Shown in pieces: positions 30,668-41,515 of a stretch of DNA of 64,000 nt (within the stretch, counting starts at the first letter, position 1; each line of letters begins with the position of its first letter). The stretch is from Minisyncoccota bacterium. GTDB lineage: Bacteria > Patescibacteriota > Minisyncoccia > Phycocordibacterales > UBA9973. The notes beneath the pieces are model-generated. The model had not been told where the DNA came from. It worked only from the letters and a program-made list of their open reading frames with translations, and did no database searches. The translations under genes were made by a program, and so were the position numbers. Location: assembly GCA_031972855.1 (NCBI GenBank), contig DALYDY010000001.1:26765-90764 (forward strand), in the 5' to 3' direction.

Positions 30668-31870
30668 TTATATATTATCCATCAAAGAATACATTGGTGA
30701 AAGCATTGAAACAGCAAAAAATCCAACAGCCACACCGATAAATATCATAAGTATAGGCTCTATAATAGTAGATAAGTCTTTTGTTTTTGATTCAACTTCA
30801 CCTTCATAAAAAAGCGCAACATCTATTAGCATTTGAGATAGTTTTCCTGTTTCTTCTCCAACCTCCACCATTTCACCAAACATTACAGGATATAGATTTT
30901 CATTTGCTTTAAAAATACCAGACAAAGGCTCTCCTTTTTCAACAGCAACCTTAGCATCTTCAATTAGTTTTTTATACAAACTATTTTGCAAGACTTCTTT
31001 TGTTATATCCAAAGCACGAGTTACAGGAACACCAGCAATCAAAAGTGAAGCAAGTGTTCTTGCTGTGCGAGCACTATTTGCTTCACGCGCTATATTACCA
31101 ATAATAGGTAATTTCAAAATAATTTTGTCTGCATATTTTTTTGTAAAAGAAGATTTTCCAAAAAAATAGATTCCAAAACCAGATATTATTATAAATAAAA
31201 CAACCAACAACAAATGATTTGATAGTGTATCACTTATCCAAATAACAACTTTAGTAGAAGATGGCAGTTCAGCTCCAACATCTTTAAAAGTTTTTGTGAG
31301 AGTTGGTACAACGAAAATAAACATCAAAATACCTATAATAAAAATTGCTGAAATAATAATAGAAGGATACATTAAAGCTCCTTTTATTTTTTTATTTAAA
31401 GAATATGTCTTTTCAAGACTTTGGCCAATTTCGTTTAGTGCTCCTACCATTCCTCCAGATTCTTCTCCTGCTCTAACCATTGAGATAAAAAGTGTTGAGA
31501 AAATTTTTGGAAATTTCTCCATTGAAGATGAGAATGTACTACCACCAGAAATATCATTTACTATTTTTGATAAAACATCTTTGAATATAATATTTTTAGT
31601 TTGTCTTTCAAGAATAGATATTGCACGAGCAAGAGCAAGGCCAGCAGAAAGCATACCTGAAAGATTTTTTGTAAACATTATTTTTTCTGAAAGACCCACT
31701 CCACTACCAAAAGAAAAAGTAAGAGGTTTTTTCTCGCCAACTATTTTCAAATTTAAAAGTGTTTTTCCTTCAGATCTAAGCTGTTTTGACAAAGAAAATT
31801 TATCTGGAGACTCAATGATCCCATTTTCTTTTGTTCCATCATTTTTTATCGCTTCATAAGCAAATTTCAT
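30668..31870 (-). CDS. pilC: Type IV pilus assembly platform protein PilC (GspF family)
   Basis: 400 aa, two GspF repeats with three TM segments. Confidence 0.85.
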   Translation of the reverse strand: MKFAYEAIKNDGTKENGIIESPDKFSLSKQLRSEGKTLLNLKIVGEKKPLTFSFGSGVGLSEKIMFTKNLSGMLSAGLALARAISILERQTKNIIFKDVLSKIVNDISGGSTFSSSMEKFPKIFSTLFISMVRAGEESGGMVGALNEIGQSLEKTYSLNKKIKGALMYPSIIISAIFIIGILMFIFVVPTLTKTFKDVGAELPSSTKVVIWISDTLSNHLLLVVLFIIISGFGIYFFGKSSFTKKYADKIILKLPIIGNIAREANSARTARTLASLLIAGVPVTRALDITKEVLQNSLYKKLIEDAKVAVEKGEPLSGIFKANENLYPVMFGEMVEVGEETGKLSQMLIDVALFYEGEVESKTKDLSTIIEPILMIFIGVAVGFFAVSMLSPMYSLMDNI

Positions 31871-31875
31871 ATTTT

Positions 31876-33633
31876 TTATTCAGAAACAACACGCAAAACT
31901 TCTTCTGTTGTTGTATATCCTTGTACTGCAAGGAAAATACCATCTTCAAGCATAGTTATCATTCCCTCTTTTTTTCCTTGAGCTTCTATTGCGTCAGCTG
32001 AAGCACCTGAAATAATCAAATCTTTTATTGTTGATGTAACTTTTAATACTTCATGAATACCTACACGCCCCTTATATCCGTCTTCAGCATCAGCTGATCC
32101 TACAGGCTTATAAAAAGGTACATCTTTCCATTCTACTTTTTGATCAACAACATTTTCTTCTTTTAAAAGATTTAACATTCTATCTAGATCAATTATTTTT
32201 CCTAGAGCCTTTAACTCTGCTTCATTCATAAAGTACTTTTCTTTTGAATCAGCAAGTCTTCTAACTAGACGTTGAGCAATAACAGTCTTTAATGTTGAAA
32301 CAAGAAGAAATGGTTCGGCTCCCATATCGATAAAACGAGGAATTGCACCAGCAGCTGAGTTTGTGTGAATAGTTGATAAAACCAAGTGACCGGTAAGGGC
32401 AGCATTAATAGCTAAAGATGCTGTTTCTCCATCACGAATCTCTCCCACCATTATTATATTTGGATCTTGACGAAGAAGTGCGCGCAAACCATTTGCAAAA
32501 GTCATTCCAATATCAGAACGAACTTGAGTTTGATTTATACGAGCCATCTGATATTCAATAGGGTCTTCAACTGTTGAAATATTTACATTAGGAGTATTCA
32601 ACATATCCAAAATAGTATATAGGGTTGTAGTTTTACCAGAACCTGTTGGACCTGAAGCAAGTATCATGCCAGTGTGAAGTTTCATTGCTTCATGAATTCT
32701 CTCTAAAGACTCACCATGAAATCCTAATTTTTCTAATGAAAATCCTTTTGAGTTTTCACGCAAAATACGAATAACTGTTTTTTCTCCAAAATATGTTGGG
32801 ATTGTAGACACACGAAAAGAAACTTTTTGATCTTCATTAGATATTTTAAAACGCCCATCTTGAGGAAGTCGCTTTTCATCAAGTTTCAAATTTGAAAGAA
32901 CTTTTATACGAGCAACAATTCCATGAGCAGAGTCTTTTGGCAAAACCATGGCGTCACGCAAAATACCATCAATACGATAACGAACAACAAGAGAATCTTC
33001 TAAAGGTTCTATGTGAATATCAGAAGCATCTTGCAAAATAGCATGTGAAATAAGAGAATCCACAATCTTAACGATAGGTAAATCTTCGGCAAGCTCTTTT
33101 AATTCAGCCTCAGAAACAGCTTCCCCATTATTTGCACCTTCGGCTATAGCTTTAATTGAAACAGATTCTTTTTGAATTATGTCGTCGAATTCTGCACGAA
33201 GACTTTTTTTGTATAAAGTTAGTGCGTGTTTTATAGAAGAAACATCTGTAAGTCTTGGTAGAATTTTTTGTTGTAATTTTTTTCTTAAAAAATCAATTGT
33301 TGATATATCATTAATATCGAGCATCGCAACTTCAACAGTCGTTTCTGTTTTTTTATAAGCAACAACATTATGATTTTTTGCAATTGGTTCTGGAATAAGA
33401 GAAAGCACATCTGCATCTATCTTTTCATCAACCAAAGAAACGAAAGGTACACCAAGAACATACGCCTGGGCTCGACGCAAATCTGTTTCTGATATTTTAT
33501 TTTCAGAAACAAGCACATCTGCAAATGAAGATCTTTTATCTTTAGATACTTCTTCCGCAGAAGTAACATCATCTCGTGTTACAACACCAGCATCTATAAG
33601 AAACGATTTTAATGCTTCTTCATTTATAATCAT
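31876..33633 (-). CDS. pilB: Type IV pilus assembly ATPase PilB (GspE family)
   Basis: Walker A ..ASGPTGSGKTTTLY.., N-terminal GSPII domain, His box; start moved to the internal ATG MIINEEALK.. at 33633. Confidence 0.9.
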   Translation of the reverse strand: MIINEEALKSFLIDAGVVTRDDVTSAEEVSKDKRSSFADVLVSENKISETDLRRAQAYVLGVPFVSLVDEKIDADVLSLIPEPIAKNHNVVAYKKTETTVEVAMLDINDISTIDFLRKKLQQKILPRLTDVSSIKHALTLYKKSLRAEFDDIIQKESVSIKAIAEGANNGEAVSEAELKELAEDLPIVKIVDSLISHAILQDASDIHIEPLEDSLVVRYRIDGILRDAMVLPKDSAHGIVARIKVLSNLKLDEKRLPQDGRFKISNEDQKVSFRVSTIPTYFGEKTVIRILRENSKGFSLEKLGFHGESLERIHEAMKLHTGMILASGPTGSGKTTTLYTILDMLNTPNVNISTVEDPIEYQMARINQTQVRSDIGMTFANGLRALLRQDPNIIMVGEIRDGETASLAINAALTGHLVLSTIHTNSAAGAIPRFIDMGAEPFLLVSTLKTVIAQRLVRRLADSKEKYFMNEAELKALGKIIDLDRMLNLLKEENVVDQKVEWKDVPFYKPVGSADAEDGYKGRVGIHEVLKVTSTIKDLIISGASADAIEAQGKKEGMITMLEDGIFLAVQGYTTTEEVLRVVSE

Positions 33634-33738
33634 TAAGTATATTTTCTCACAGACTTTGATTAATAGCACGAAAAAATTTGTGTATAAAATAAAAAATCCC
33701 AACAATTATTTTAATCAGTTGGGATTTTTTATTTTTTA

Positions 33739-35244
33739 TTACCAAGTAATTTTTATTTGTCCTGCAGCACCATGTCCAGCTTGAGGACAACCATTTGGTA
33801 TACAACCATAACCATAATTTCTTCTTCCTCCATTTCCAACTGTTATATTAAATGTTTCACCAGCATTTACAGGAAAAGCTGTTTTTATATAACCACCAGC
33901 TCCACCACCATAAGCTTTATTTATTTGATGAACACCTGAGCCTCCAGCAAAACGAAATACAAAATTATCAGCTTTTAATCCTTTACACAAATCAATAACT
34001 CCTATTTTACAATTATCTAAATCTAGATAATTAGAAGGCGTACCTGAAACACTGTCTGTACCATATACACCAGAAGGAGCTCCCGGTGTACTTCCACCGC
34101 CACCAGGAAGAACTCCGTCTTTTACTTCTACATGGCCACTATTAGTCCAAAAACCACCCAATGTTCTATATCCTGCACTATTATCTGTATTACCACTACC
34201 CCATGCCCTACCTATAGAAAACCAAGATCCTTGTCCAGTTCCAAAATCAAGATTTAAACAATTAAAATCTAGTGGAAGTCTTGCTGCGTCACTAAACGCT
34301 CCTAAGTTTCCAGGGTCAAATAAACTATTTAAAATAGGTGCAACACCTCCTGGAGTACTAGAAGAAGATCCTAAGTATGCTGCTCCACCAACAGCTCCAC
34401 CTCCTCCAGTATTTCCATAAACAAGGTAACGATTAGGATTCCCTGAATAATTACATTCATAGATAGATGGTGTTGGAGCATTTGGAGCACCAGTTCCATT
34501 ACCACCAGCACGAATATCATTTATACCTATTGTTGAACGAGTACCAGTTCTAGCTCCTCCAATTCCTCCAGCACCTCCACTTGTATTAGATGCATTTGAT
34601 CCATTGTATCCAGTAACCGAAATACTAGAACCTGTTGTTGAAACTATTGTTGAATTATTTGGTTGAATTACTGTAGGTCCAACTTCTTGATTATTACTTG
34701 TAAGTCCAACATATCCAGCTCCTCCAGCTCCCCAAACTTCAACCATGACTTGATAGACGCCAGAAGATGGAACTTGCCATGTATAATTTCCTGGTAAATC
34801 TGGATATCCAGAAACATCATTTTCTGCTGTATTAAACATAGCAACTCCATGAGATGTATTTTGAGGTACATCAACACAAAGAATTACTTGTCCCGTATTA
34901 GAAACACAAAGCCTTTGAGGTGTTGTTGATGTTGATATATTAGAAATTGATAATCCTTTTGTTGTAAGATTTCCTGTTATAGAAGCATTTCCATTAGAAA
35001 CAATTCCATTTGTTGTGAGTGTACCATAAACATCTAATTTAGTACCTGATGTAGGAGAATTAGAACTTCCGATCATAAAAGATCCTGTTCTTGAATTAAT
35101 ATTATCTCCAACATTCCATATTGAGGGTTGTCCATTTGGATATCCAGAAGATGGTCTTGCTGCATAAATATCAACAAAATTAACAGCAACAATTAAAACT
35201 AGAGACGCAACTATAAGTTTTATAAAAGGTATATATTTTTTCAT
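33739..35244 (-). CDS. Secreted Gly-rich protein, long member of a 3-gene paralogous family
   Basis: Sec signal peptide; N-terminal about 110 aa homologous to the next two ORFs (..RPSxxYPN.QP..., ..GTLxTNG.., T..R.LCVS..G.LI.C Cys pair); then a roughly 390-aa Gly-rich extension. Confidence 0.5.
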   Translation of the reverse strand: MKKYIPFIKLIVASLVLIVAVNFVDIYAARPSSGYPNGQPSIWNVGDNINSRTGSFMIGSSNSPTSGTKLDVYGTLTTNGIVSNGNASITGNLTTKGLSISNISTSTTPQRLCVSNTGQVILCVDVPQNTSHGVAMFNTAENDVSGYPDLPGNYTWQVPSSGVYQVMVEVWGAGGAGYVGLTSNNQEVGPTVIQPNNSTIVSTTGSSISVTGYNGSNASNTSGGAGGIGGARTGTRSTIGINDIRAGGNGTGAPNAPTPSIYECNYSGNPNRYLVYGNTGGGGAVGGAAYLGSSSSTPGGVAPILNSLFDPGNLGAFSDAARLPLDFNCLNLDFGTGQGSWFSIGRAWGSGNTDNSAGYRTLGGFWTNSGHVEVKDGVLPGGGGSTPGAPSGVYGTDSVSGTPSNYLDLDNCKIGVIDLCKGLKADNFVFRFAGGSGVHQINKAYGGGAGGYIKTAFPVNAGETFNITVGNGGRRNYGYGCIPNGCPQAGHGAAGQIKITW

Positions 35245-35245
35245 A

Positions 35246-35626
35246 TTATGGACAAACTATTAATTTACCAATACTAGATACGCAAAGTTCTCTGTTTGTA
35301 GGAGACGTACCAGAAAGTTTACTTACGGTTAAATTTGTAGTATCTAAATTATAATTTATTTGTGTATTTGCTGGAACAATGAAACCATTAGTGAATAATG
35401 TACCAATTATATCAAACATAACACCAGGTGTTGGAGAATTAGACGTACCCACAGCAAGAGCTGATGTTCTCATTTGAGGAGAAGATGAATTTAAAACAAA
35501 AGGTGATACTGGTTGACTATTTGGATATGTACCACTTGGCCTTACCGCAAAAGTGTGTACTGCATTTGATAAAAGAACAATACTTATAGATACAAAGAAT
35601 AAATGTGTTATTGATATTTTTTTCAT
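35246..35626 (-). CDS. Small secreted protein, paralogue family member
   Basis: 126 aa; signal peptide; ends ..TNRELCVSSIGKLIVCP. Confidence 0.5.
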   Translation of the reverse strand: MKKISITHLFFVSISIVLLSNAVHTFAVRPSGTYPNSQPVSPFVLNSSSPQMRTSALAVGTSNSPTPGVMFDIIGTLFTNGFIVPANTQINYNLDTTNLTVSKLSGTSPTNRELCVSSIGKLIVCP

Positions 35627-35630
35627 ATAT

Positions 35631-36167
35631 TTAACAAGCTACCAAAACGTTATAAGTCCAAGGATTTATAAATCCGAGTGTTAAAGTGTTTTGAACAATA
35701 CAAACATTTCTAGTTCCAGAACCAACCAAATCTGTTATTAGAACATCACCATCTGTACTACCAGACGATGTTTTATTCACTGTTGTTGTTCCAGAAGTTA
35801 TAACATCACCATCAACAAGTAATCCGTCTGTAAGTGAACCTGAAGGGAGATTGAGAGATCCTATTTTTGTAATTCCATTAACATGAACTGTTTGCCCAAG
35901 AGCTGGCGGATTAAAACTTGGAATACTGCCACCAAAATTATAAGGTTGACTGTCAATCCCTATAGCAAGAGCCCTCCTAACAACATCGGCGCTAGTTCTG
36001 TTTTGAGGAGCTTCACCTGTCTTGCTTTGAGAAATACCTGTTATTAAAACAGGACTTGATGGTTGTCCCCCTGGTGCTATTTGTGTTGGAGAAGCGTAAG
36101 TTACCCCTACAGCTGAAAGCAGTACAAAACTTACTATAATAATTGATTCTTTTAGTGAAAAATACAT
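35631..36167 (-). CDS. Small secreted protein, paralogue family member
   Basis: 178 aa; signal peptide; ends ..RNVCIVQNTLTLGF..VLVAC. Confidence 0.45.
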   Translation of the reverse strand: MYFSLKESIIIVSFVLLSAVGVTYASPTQIAPGGQPSSPVLITGISQSKTGEAPQNRTSADVVRRALAIGIDSQPYNFGGSIPSFNPPALGQTVHVNGITKIGSLNLPSGSLTDGLLVDGDVITSGTTTVNKTSSGSTDGDVLITDLVGSGTRNVCIVQNTLTLGFINPWTYNVLVAC

Positions 36168-36184
36168 ATATAATTAATCTTTTT

Positions 36185-37960
36185 TTATTCTTCTTTATAA
36201 AAAGGTGCTGGTAAAATATTTGTTCCAAATCTCCACAACAATCTTCCACCTTTTCCAGTTAGAGGACTTCCAGTAATAAACATTCCTGGATCAACACCTT
36301 TTATTCCAACAATTGTAGAAGCTATAACAACTTTACCATTAGTGTCTGCACACTCTAAAGTAAATGTTTCAGCTGTTGCGCCCATATTTACAGTTTCTGA
36401 TCCTGAAATACTTTTTGGACCAGTCCAAGCAGGAGTTGATCCTGCTGGAATAATGTTTGCAGAACCACCTATACCCGTATAAGCTTTACAGCCAGAAACA
36501 TTTTTACCTTCCCATCTTAATAATGTTGTACTGTTTGGGTCTACAACTTGAGGAAAAGCTGTCAATCTTAAACCTGAAGGTGTTACATTTATTCCATTAA
36601 CTTTTGGATTTCCTCCTGTAAAGTAAACAACACTATTTCCCCCACTTCCATTAGCACAAGAGAGTAGATACTGATTTATTGCACCATTATAAATAACAGA
36701 AACTGAACCAGATCTAGATATTTGACCACTACCTGGCTGAGTTGCACCATTTAATGTACATGTTCCAGAAGGAATTTGAGCTAGAGGTGTAACATTAAAG
36801 CTTGTTGAGTGAGTTTCTGATCCGTCAGTTGAATCAACTACAACCAAATGATTTCCAGACCCAGCAGCAAGATTTACAGGGATAGTCATTCTAATTACAA
36901 ATGTTCCACTTATATTTGTACTTAAAAATCTCATATCAAGAGGATAAGTAGGAGCAAGACTTGGGTCTGGTTGAGCTCGTGGTACTGGATTACCATTATA
37001 AAGAAGTTCATATGTAGCTCCAGACAGAGATGGATTATTAGAACCTATTGATGTATATAAGTTTTTAGAACTTGGGTGTCCTAGAACTGTTAAAGGTATA
37101 TCAAAAGAAACATTTGCACCACCCTCAACAAAAGTTGCTGGATAAGGAACACCTATATAAAACCAAGGCATAACAACTCCAGACAGAATTGTTACTGTTG
37201 TATTACTTGAAACAGTAGTTATTCCATCTGTACATGTTATTGTATAAACTCTTGAAGATGAAGGATCATTACCTACATTCACTGTATCAGTTCCTGAAGT
37301 AGCTTTTGTTCCAGACCACTGACTAGAAGATATACTATTACTTGCTGTACAAGTATAACCTGTTAAATTTTGAGATGTCCAAGATAGAGTAATATTGCTA
37401 TTTCTATAAACACTATTTGGTGTAGCTGTAATTGTAACTGTAGGAGTTATTGATGATTGAACACCAACACCAGAAAAATCAATCCAGCCTATTTTATCAT
37501 TCCAAGCGTGTCCTTGAAACATTCCAGAACCGCCACTAATAACACTTACACCCGCCAAATCAACAAATCCTTCAGATCCAAGTGATAATATTTTTGCAAA
37601 ACCTTGCATTCCAGTATTAGAATTAAGTCTTGGACTACAAGGTGAAGAATTCCCAGAATAAGAAGAACATCCAACAGAATCACTTGACTCAAAAGATATC
37701 CATCCAAGATTATCATTCCAAGCGTACCCAGAGAAATTACCATTTGTTGACATATTTACACCATAATCTACACCAGAACAACTAGAAGATACTGTAGATG
37801 TACAGTTATTAAATGATAACCACCCAATAGTATCATTCCATGCATGACCAAAAACATTATCTCCAGAACTAGAAGAAACTGTATTTATATTTAAAAAACT
37901 AAAAGATAATATTATAGCCAGAGTTCCTATTGAAGAATAAATTATATTTTTTATTTTCAT
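36185..37960 (-). CDS. Large secreted repeat protein (G[YH]AWND..GW[IL].F repeats + Ig-like region)
   Basis: 591 aa; signal peptide; GHAWNDTIGWLSFNNC / GYAWNDNLGWISFESS / GHAWNDKIGWIDFSG; same repeat type as the 11443..13080 protein. Confidence 0.5.
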   Translation of the reverse strand: MKIKNIIYSSIGTLAIILSFSFLNINTVSSSSGDNVFGHAWNDTIGWLSFNNCTSTVSSSCSGVDYGVNMSTNGNFSGYAWNDNLGWISFESSDSVGCSSYSGNSSPCSPRLNSNTGMQGFAKILSLGSEGFVDLAGVSVISGGSGMFQGHAWNDKIGWIDFSGVGVQSSITPTVTITATPNSVYRNSNITLSWTSQNLTGYTCTASNSISSSQWSGTKATSGTDTVNVGNDPSSSRVYTITCTDGITTVSSNTTVTILSGVVMPWFYIGVPYPATFVEGGANVSFDIPLTVLGHPSSKNLYTSIGSNNPSLSGATYELLYNGNPVPRAQPDPSLAPTYPLDMRFLSTNISGTFVIRMTIPVNLAAGSGNHLVVVDSTDGSETHSTSFNVTPLAQIPSGTCTLNGATQPGSGQISRSGSVSVIYNGAINQYLLSCANGSGGNSVVYFTGGNPKVNGINVTPSGLRLTAFPQVVDPNSTTLLRWEGKNVSGCKAYTGIGGSANIIPAGSTPAWTGPKSISGSETVNMGATAETFTLECADTNGKVVIASTIVGIKGVDPGMFITGSPLTGKGGRLLWRFGTNILPAPFYKEE

Positions 37961-37961
37961 A

Positions 37962-38291
37962 TTATTGATTTTTTAAAAATTCATTAACCAAATCTTCGTC
38001 AGCATTTTTAACTTCTTTTGGAGAAACTGTGAATGATTCTTGTTTTTTTAGATCTTCTACCATTTTTTGTTTTTCTTCTGGTGTTGTTTTTATAGAAGCA
38101 GCTCTTTGTGCTACATTTTCTGTATATTGTTCTATTTGAGTCTTTTTTGGTTTATTATTCTTTTTATAAAACCAAAAAGCGGCTCCTAATATAATCAAAA
38201 CTATTAGTATAGAAATAACAAGAGAGAGGGTTTGTTTGCTCATATATAATTTGTGGGCAAATGGTGTTGATTCTTTATTTATTGGATCCAT
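37962..38291 (-). CDS. Small membrane-anchored protein (first gene of pilus operon)
   Basis: 109 aa, single TM, charged C-terminal tail. Confidence 0.4.
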   Translation of the reverse strand: MDPINKESTPFAHKLYMSKQTLSLVISILIVLIILGAAFWFYKKNNKPKKTQIEQYTENVAQRAASIKTTPEEKQKMVEDLKKQESFTVSPKEVKNADEDLVNEFLKNQ

Positions 38292-38469
38292 AAGTATATT
38301 TATTTTAACATGATTAATACATATATATGTATACCTATAATTAATTATGGGGAAAACTTAAACATTATTGAGTAATTTTTATTTTCAATAAAATGTGGTA
38401 TAGTACAAACATGATTGTCTTTGGTTGCCCCGAGGACTTTTTTTATAAAATTTAATAACAATAAAATAT

Positions 38470-39807
38470 ATGTTTGACTTAAAAACAATGCATCTAGCCC
38501 TCGTTCAATTAGAAGAAGAGCGCAAGATCCCAAAAGAAAAAATATTAGAGGCTATAGAGCAAGCACTTGCTGCTGCATACAAAAAAGATTTCGGTAAAAA
38601 AGGCCAAATTATCCGTTGTCATTTCAATTTAGAAACAGGAACTACTGAATTTTATCAAGTAAAAATAGTAGTAGATGATTCTATTGTGCGTATTATTCCA
38701 GAAGAAGAGGAATACATCCCAGAAGAAGGAGATGAGAGAGTTCGTTTCAACGAAGAACACCATATTTTCTTAGAAGACGCAAAAAAAATAAAAACAGGTT
38801 CTGAACTAGAAGATGAAATAATTTTTTCTCTTGAAAATAAAGATGATTTTGGACGTATTGCCGCTCAAACAGCCAAGCAAGTTATCATTCAAAAAATTCG
38901 TGAAGCAGAACGTTCTACTATTATTGATGAATACGGAGACAAAGAAGGAGAAATAATTAGTGGTTATGTTCAAAAAACAGAAAGAGGAACAATCTCTGTT
39001 GAATTTAATCGTGCTGTTGGACAAATTTCATTTGAAGAACAAATTCCAGGTGAAAGATGGAATCGTGGAGACCGTATTCGTGCTTACCTATTTGCTGTTG
39101 AAGAATCAGCTCGCGGTGTAAATCTTCGTCTTTCTCGTACTCATCCAAAATTTTTGGAACTTCTTTTTTCTCTTGAAGCACCAGAAATAGCGACAGGAGT
39201 AGTTGAGATAGTATCTATAGCTCGTGAACCAGGTTCTCGTTCAAAAATTGCAGTAAAATCAAATGATCCTCATATCGATCCTGTTGGATCTTGTGTTGGT
39301 CAGCGTGGAGTAAGAGTAAATGCTGTTACAAGTGAACTTTCAGGTGAAAAAATAGATATTATTCCTTGGAATGAAGATATAAAAACATTTATTACAAACT
39401 CTCTTTCACCAGCAAAAGTAACAGATATAACAATTGATGAAAGTGAACATAAGGCAAATATAGAAGTAGCTGAAGACCAACTCTCACTTGCAATCGGTAA
39501 AGGAGGACAAAATGTTCGTCTTGCTGCAAAACTTACAGGATGGAGAATTGATATAAAAGGAAACGGACTTCCATCAGAGCTTGATCAAACAGCAGGTGAC
39601 GAAAAGAAAGAAATGGCAGATAGTAATGCTCTAGCAAGTGCTATTAGTGAAGCTATATCAGAAAATGAAGTATCACAAGATGAAATCATTGCAGATTTTA
39701 TTCTTCCAGAAGATGAAACTATAAAGGAAAATGATCAAGAAATAAAAGAGAACAACGAAACAGAAACTATTGTTGAAGAAAAAGTCGAAACAGAAGAAAA
39801 AGAATAA
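38470..39807 (+). CDS. nusA: Transcription termination/antitermination factor NusA
   Basis: 445 aa; NusA N-terminal domain, S1 and two KH domains, acidic C-terminal tail. Confidence 0.9.
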   Translation: MFDLKTMHLALVQLEEERKIPKEKILEAIEQALAAAYKKDFGKKGQIIRCHFNLETGTTEFYQVKIVVDDSIVRIIPEEEEYIPEEGDERVRFNEEHHIFLEDAKKIKTGSELEDEIIFSLENKDDFGRIAAQTAKQVIIQKIREAERSTIIDEYGDKEGEIISGYVQKTERGTISVEFNRAVGQISFEEQIPGERWNRGDRIRAYLFAVEESARGVNLRLSRTHPKFLELLFSLEAPEIATGVVEIVSIAREPGSRSKIAVKSNDPHIDPVGSCVGQRGVRVNAVTSELSGEKIDIIPWNEDIKTFITNSLSPAKVTDITIDESEHKANIEVAEDQLSLAIGKGGQNVRLAAKLTGWRIDIKGNGLPSELDQTAGDEKKEMADSNALASAISEAISENEVSQDEIIADFILPEDETIKENDQEIKENNETETIVEEKVETEEKE

Positions 39808-39823
39808 TATTTATAAGTATATT

Positions 39824-40408
39824 ATGGCAAATATAAATCAAAAACCTTCAAAATACATGTACAATCTTTTACACGTGCTTCCTGCATTTGTAAATGAAGA
39901 AGAAGGGATAATAAATACAATTGTTGAAGTTTCAACAGGAAGTATTAATAAGTACGAACTTATTACAGAATCAGGACAATTAAAACTTGATCGTGTAGGA
40001 TATTCTTCACTTGCATACCCATTCACATATGGAGCACTTCCTATGACTTGGGACTTTGATGGAGATCCTCTTGATGTAGAAATTGTAAATATTACAGAAC
40101 CACTTGTTCCAGGCTCTCTTGTAGAAGTAAGAATAATTGGAATAATGAAATTTGTTGATGGAGGAGAAATTGATGACAAAATAATCGGTGTACTTTCTGG
40201 AGACAAAAGATCAGATCATATAAAATCTTATAAAGATCTTGGAGAATACTGGGAAAAAGAAACAAAATACTACTGGGAAAATTATAAAGCTCTCAAAAAA
40301 CCAGGTACAGGAGTTGTTGAAACATTTCACGACAAAGAAGAAGCTATAAAAGTAATAAAAGAATGTATTGAGAGATATAATACAGAATACGCTCCAAAAT
40401 TAGACTAG
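39824..40408 (+). CDS. ppa: Inorganic pyrophosphatase (family I)
   Basis: ..WDFDGDPLDVEIV.., ..GE.DDKII.V. motifs; start set at MANINQ (39824) rather than the nusA-overlapping Lys-rich extension. Confidence 0.85.
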   Translation: MANINQKPSKYMYNLLHVLPAFVNEEEGIINTIVEVSTGSINKYELITESGQLKLDRVGYSSLAYPFTYGALPMTWDFDGDPLDVEIVNITEPLVPGSLVEVRIIGIMKFVDGGEIDDKIIGVLSGDKRSDHIKSYKDLGEYWEKETKYYWENYKALKKPGTGVVETFHDKEEAIKVIKECIERYNTEYAPKLD

Positions 40409-40591
40409 TTAAGCATAGACTAAACCATTTTTTAGAAAATGGTCGTCCGAACTTTTATACTCTCTTTAAATTAAAGATAATAAAAGTTTTAGGATATACA
40501 CAGCAGGACACCCAAAGGGTGTCCTGCTTTTGTTATAATTACACCATACGGAATTCCCGTCTTATATATTAATCCTATATAAATATAAACT

Positions 40592-41491
40592 ATGAAAAAA
40601 ATTATTACTGTAACAATATTTGCTCTAATGTTTTTTATTGCAAACAATGTAAGTGCCCAAAGAGTGATTGAACCAACTGTTGAAATTGAGCCATATACAA
40701 ATATTAACCAAGAGCAACCAAGAGATCCTAGTATTGTTAATTTTGATTCAGGAGCTCAAGCAGATTATGAAAGAGAAGACAGTGAATCAGAAGAAGATAG
40801 GACAAGTCTGCAAAATCAAAGCGCACAAGAAACAGAAAATATTGTAAATAAAAATACTTCATTAACAAGTGGTGGTGTTGCTTCAAGAATAAAACAACAA
40901 GCAAAGGGTGTACGTGAAAAACTAATGACAACAATAACAAGAAAAGCTAGTCTAAAAGAATTGAGAAATACAAAATTACAAAATCCTGAAGAAACAGCTC
41001 GTCTAGAAGAAGAGAAAAAAGTAAAACTAGAAGAACAAAAAATTGAACTAAGAAAACAACAAGGAAAATCTGACAAACCAACAATTGGTGAGTCTTATAG
41101 ATCTATTTTTAACAAGTTAAATGAAATACAAGAAAAAATTGAAACATCTCTTCCAAAAATAGAAGGATCTAACAAAATTAATATAAACAAAGTAAGAGAA
41201 GATTTGCAAAACTCAAGAGAAAGTCTAGTAGAAGCAAATTCAATCATACAAAGACTAGAAACCATTGAATTAAATACAGACATAGATGAGGAATCAAAGT
41301 CATCTATGATAAAAGCAAAGAAAGAATTAATTGATTCAAAAAAATTCTTAAACAATATTTTGGTTTCATTGAAACAAGCATCAAAAGCAAAACCAATAAT
41401 ACAGACAGGTGGAGGTTCTGACTCTAATAATGATTCTGATACAGGAGGTGGAGCAGATAATAGTGATGGTGGAGCTGGTGACAGAAGATAG
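40592..41491 (+). CDS. Secreted coiled-coil / charged protein
   Basis: Signal peptide; long E/K-rich helical region; Gly/Asp-rich tail. Confidence 0.4.
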   Translation: MKKIITVTIFALMFFIANNVSAQRVIEPTVEIEPYTNINQEQPRDPSIVNFDSGAQADYEREDSESEEDRTSLQNQSAQETENIVNKNTSLTSGGVASRIKQQAKGVREKLMTTITRKASLKELRNTKLQNPEETARLEEEKKVKLEEQKIELRKQQGKSDKPTIGESYRSIFNKLNEIQEKIETSLPKIEGSNKININKVREDLQNSRESLVEANSIIQRLETIELNTDIDEESKSSMIKAKKELIDSKKFLNNILVSLKQASKAKPIIQTGGGSDSNNDSDTGGGADNSDGGAGDRR

Positions 41492-41515
41492 TTTTATAAT
41501 TAATAAATAAATTTT

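Noticed and set aside
39770-39823. Lys-rich N-terminal extension of ppa overlapping the nusA 3' end
   Set aside because: Family I pyrophosphatases start near MANINQ...; the poly-Lys extension is more likely read-through of the upstream frame than real
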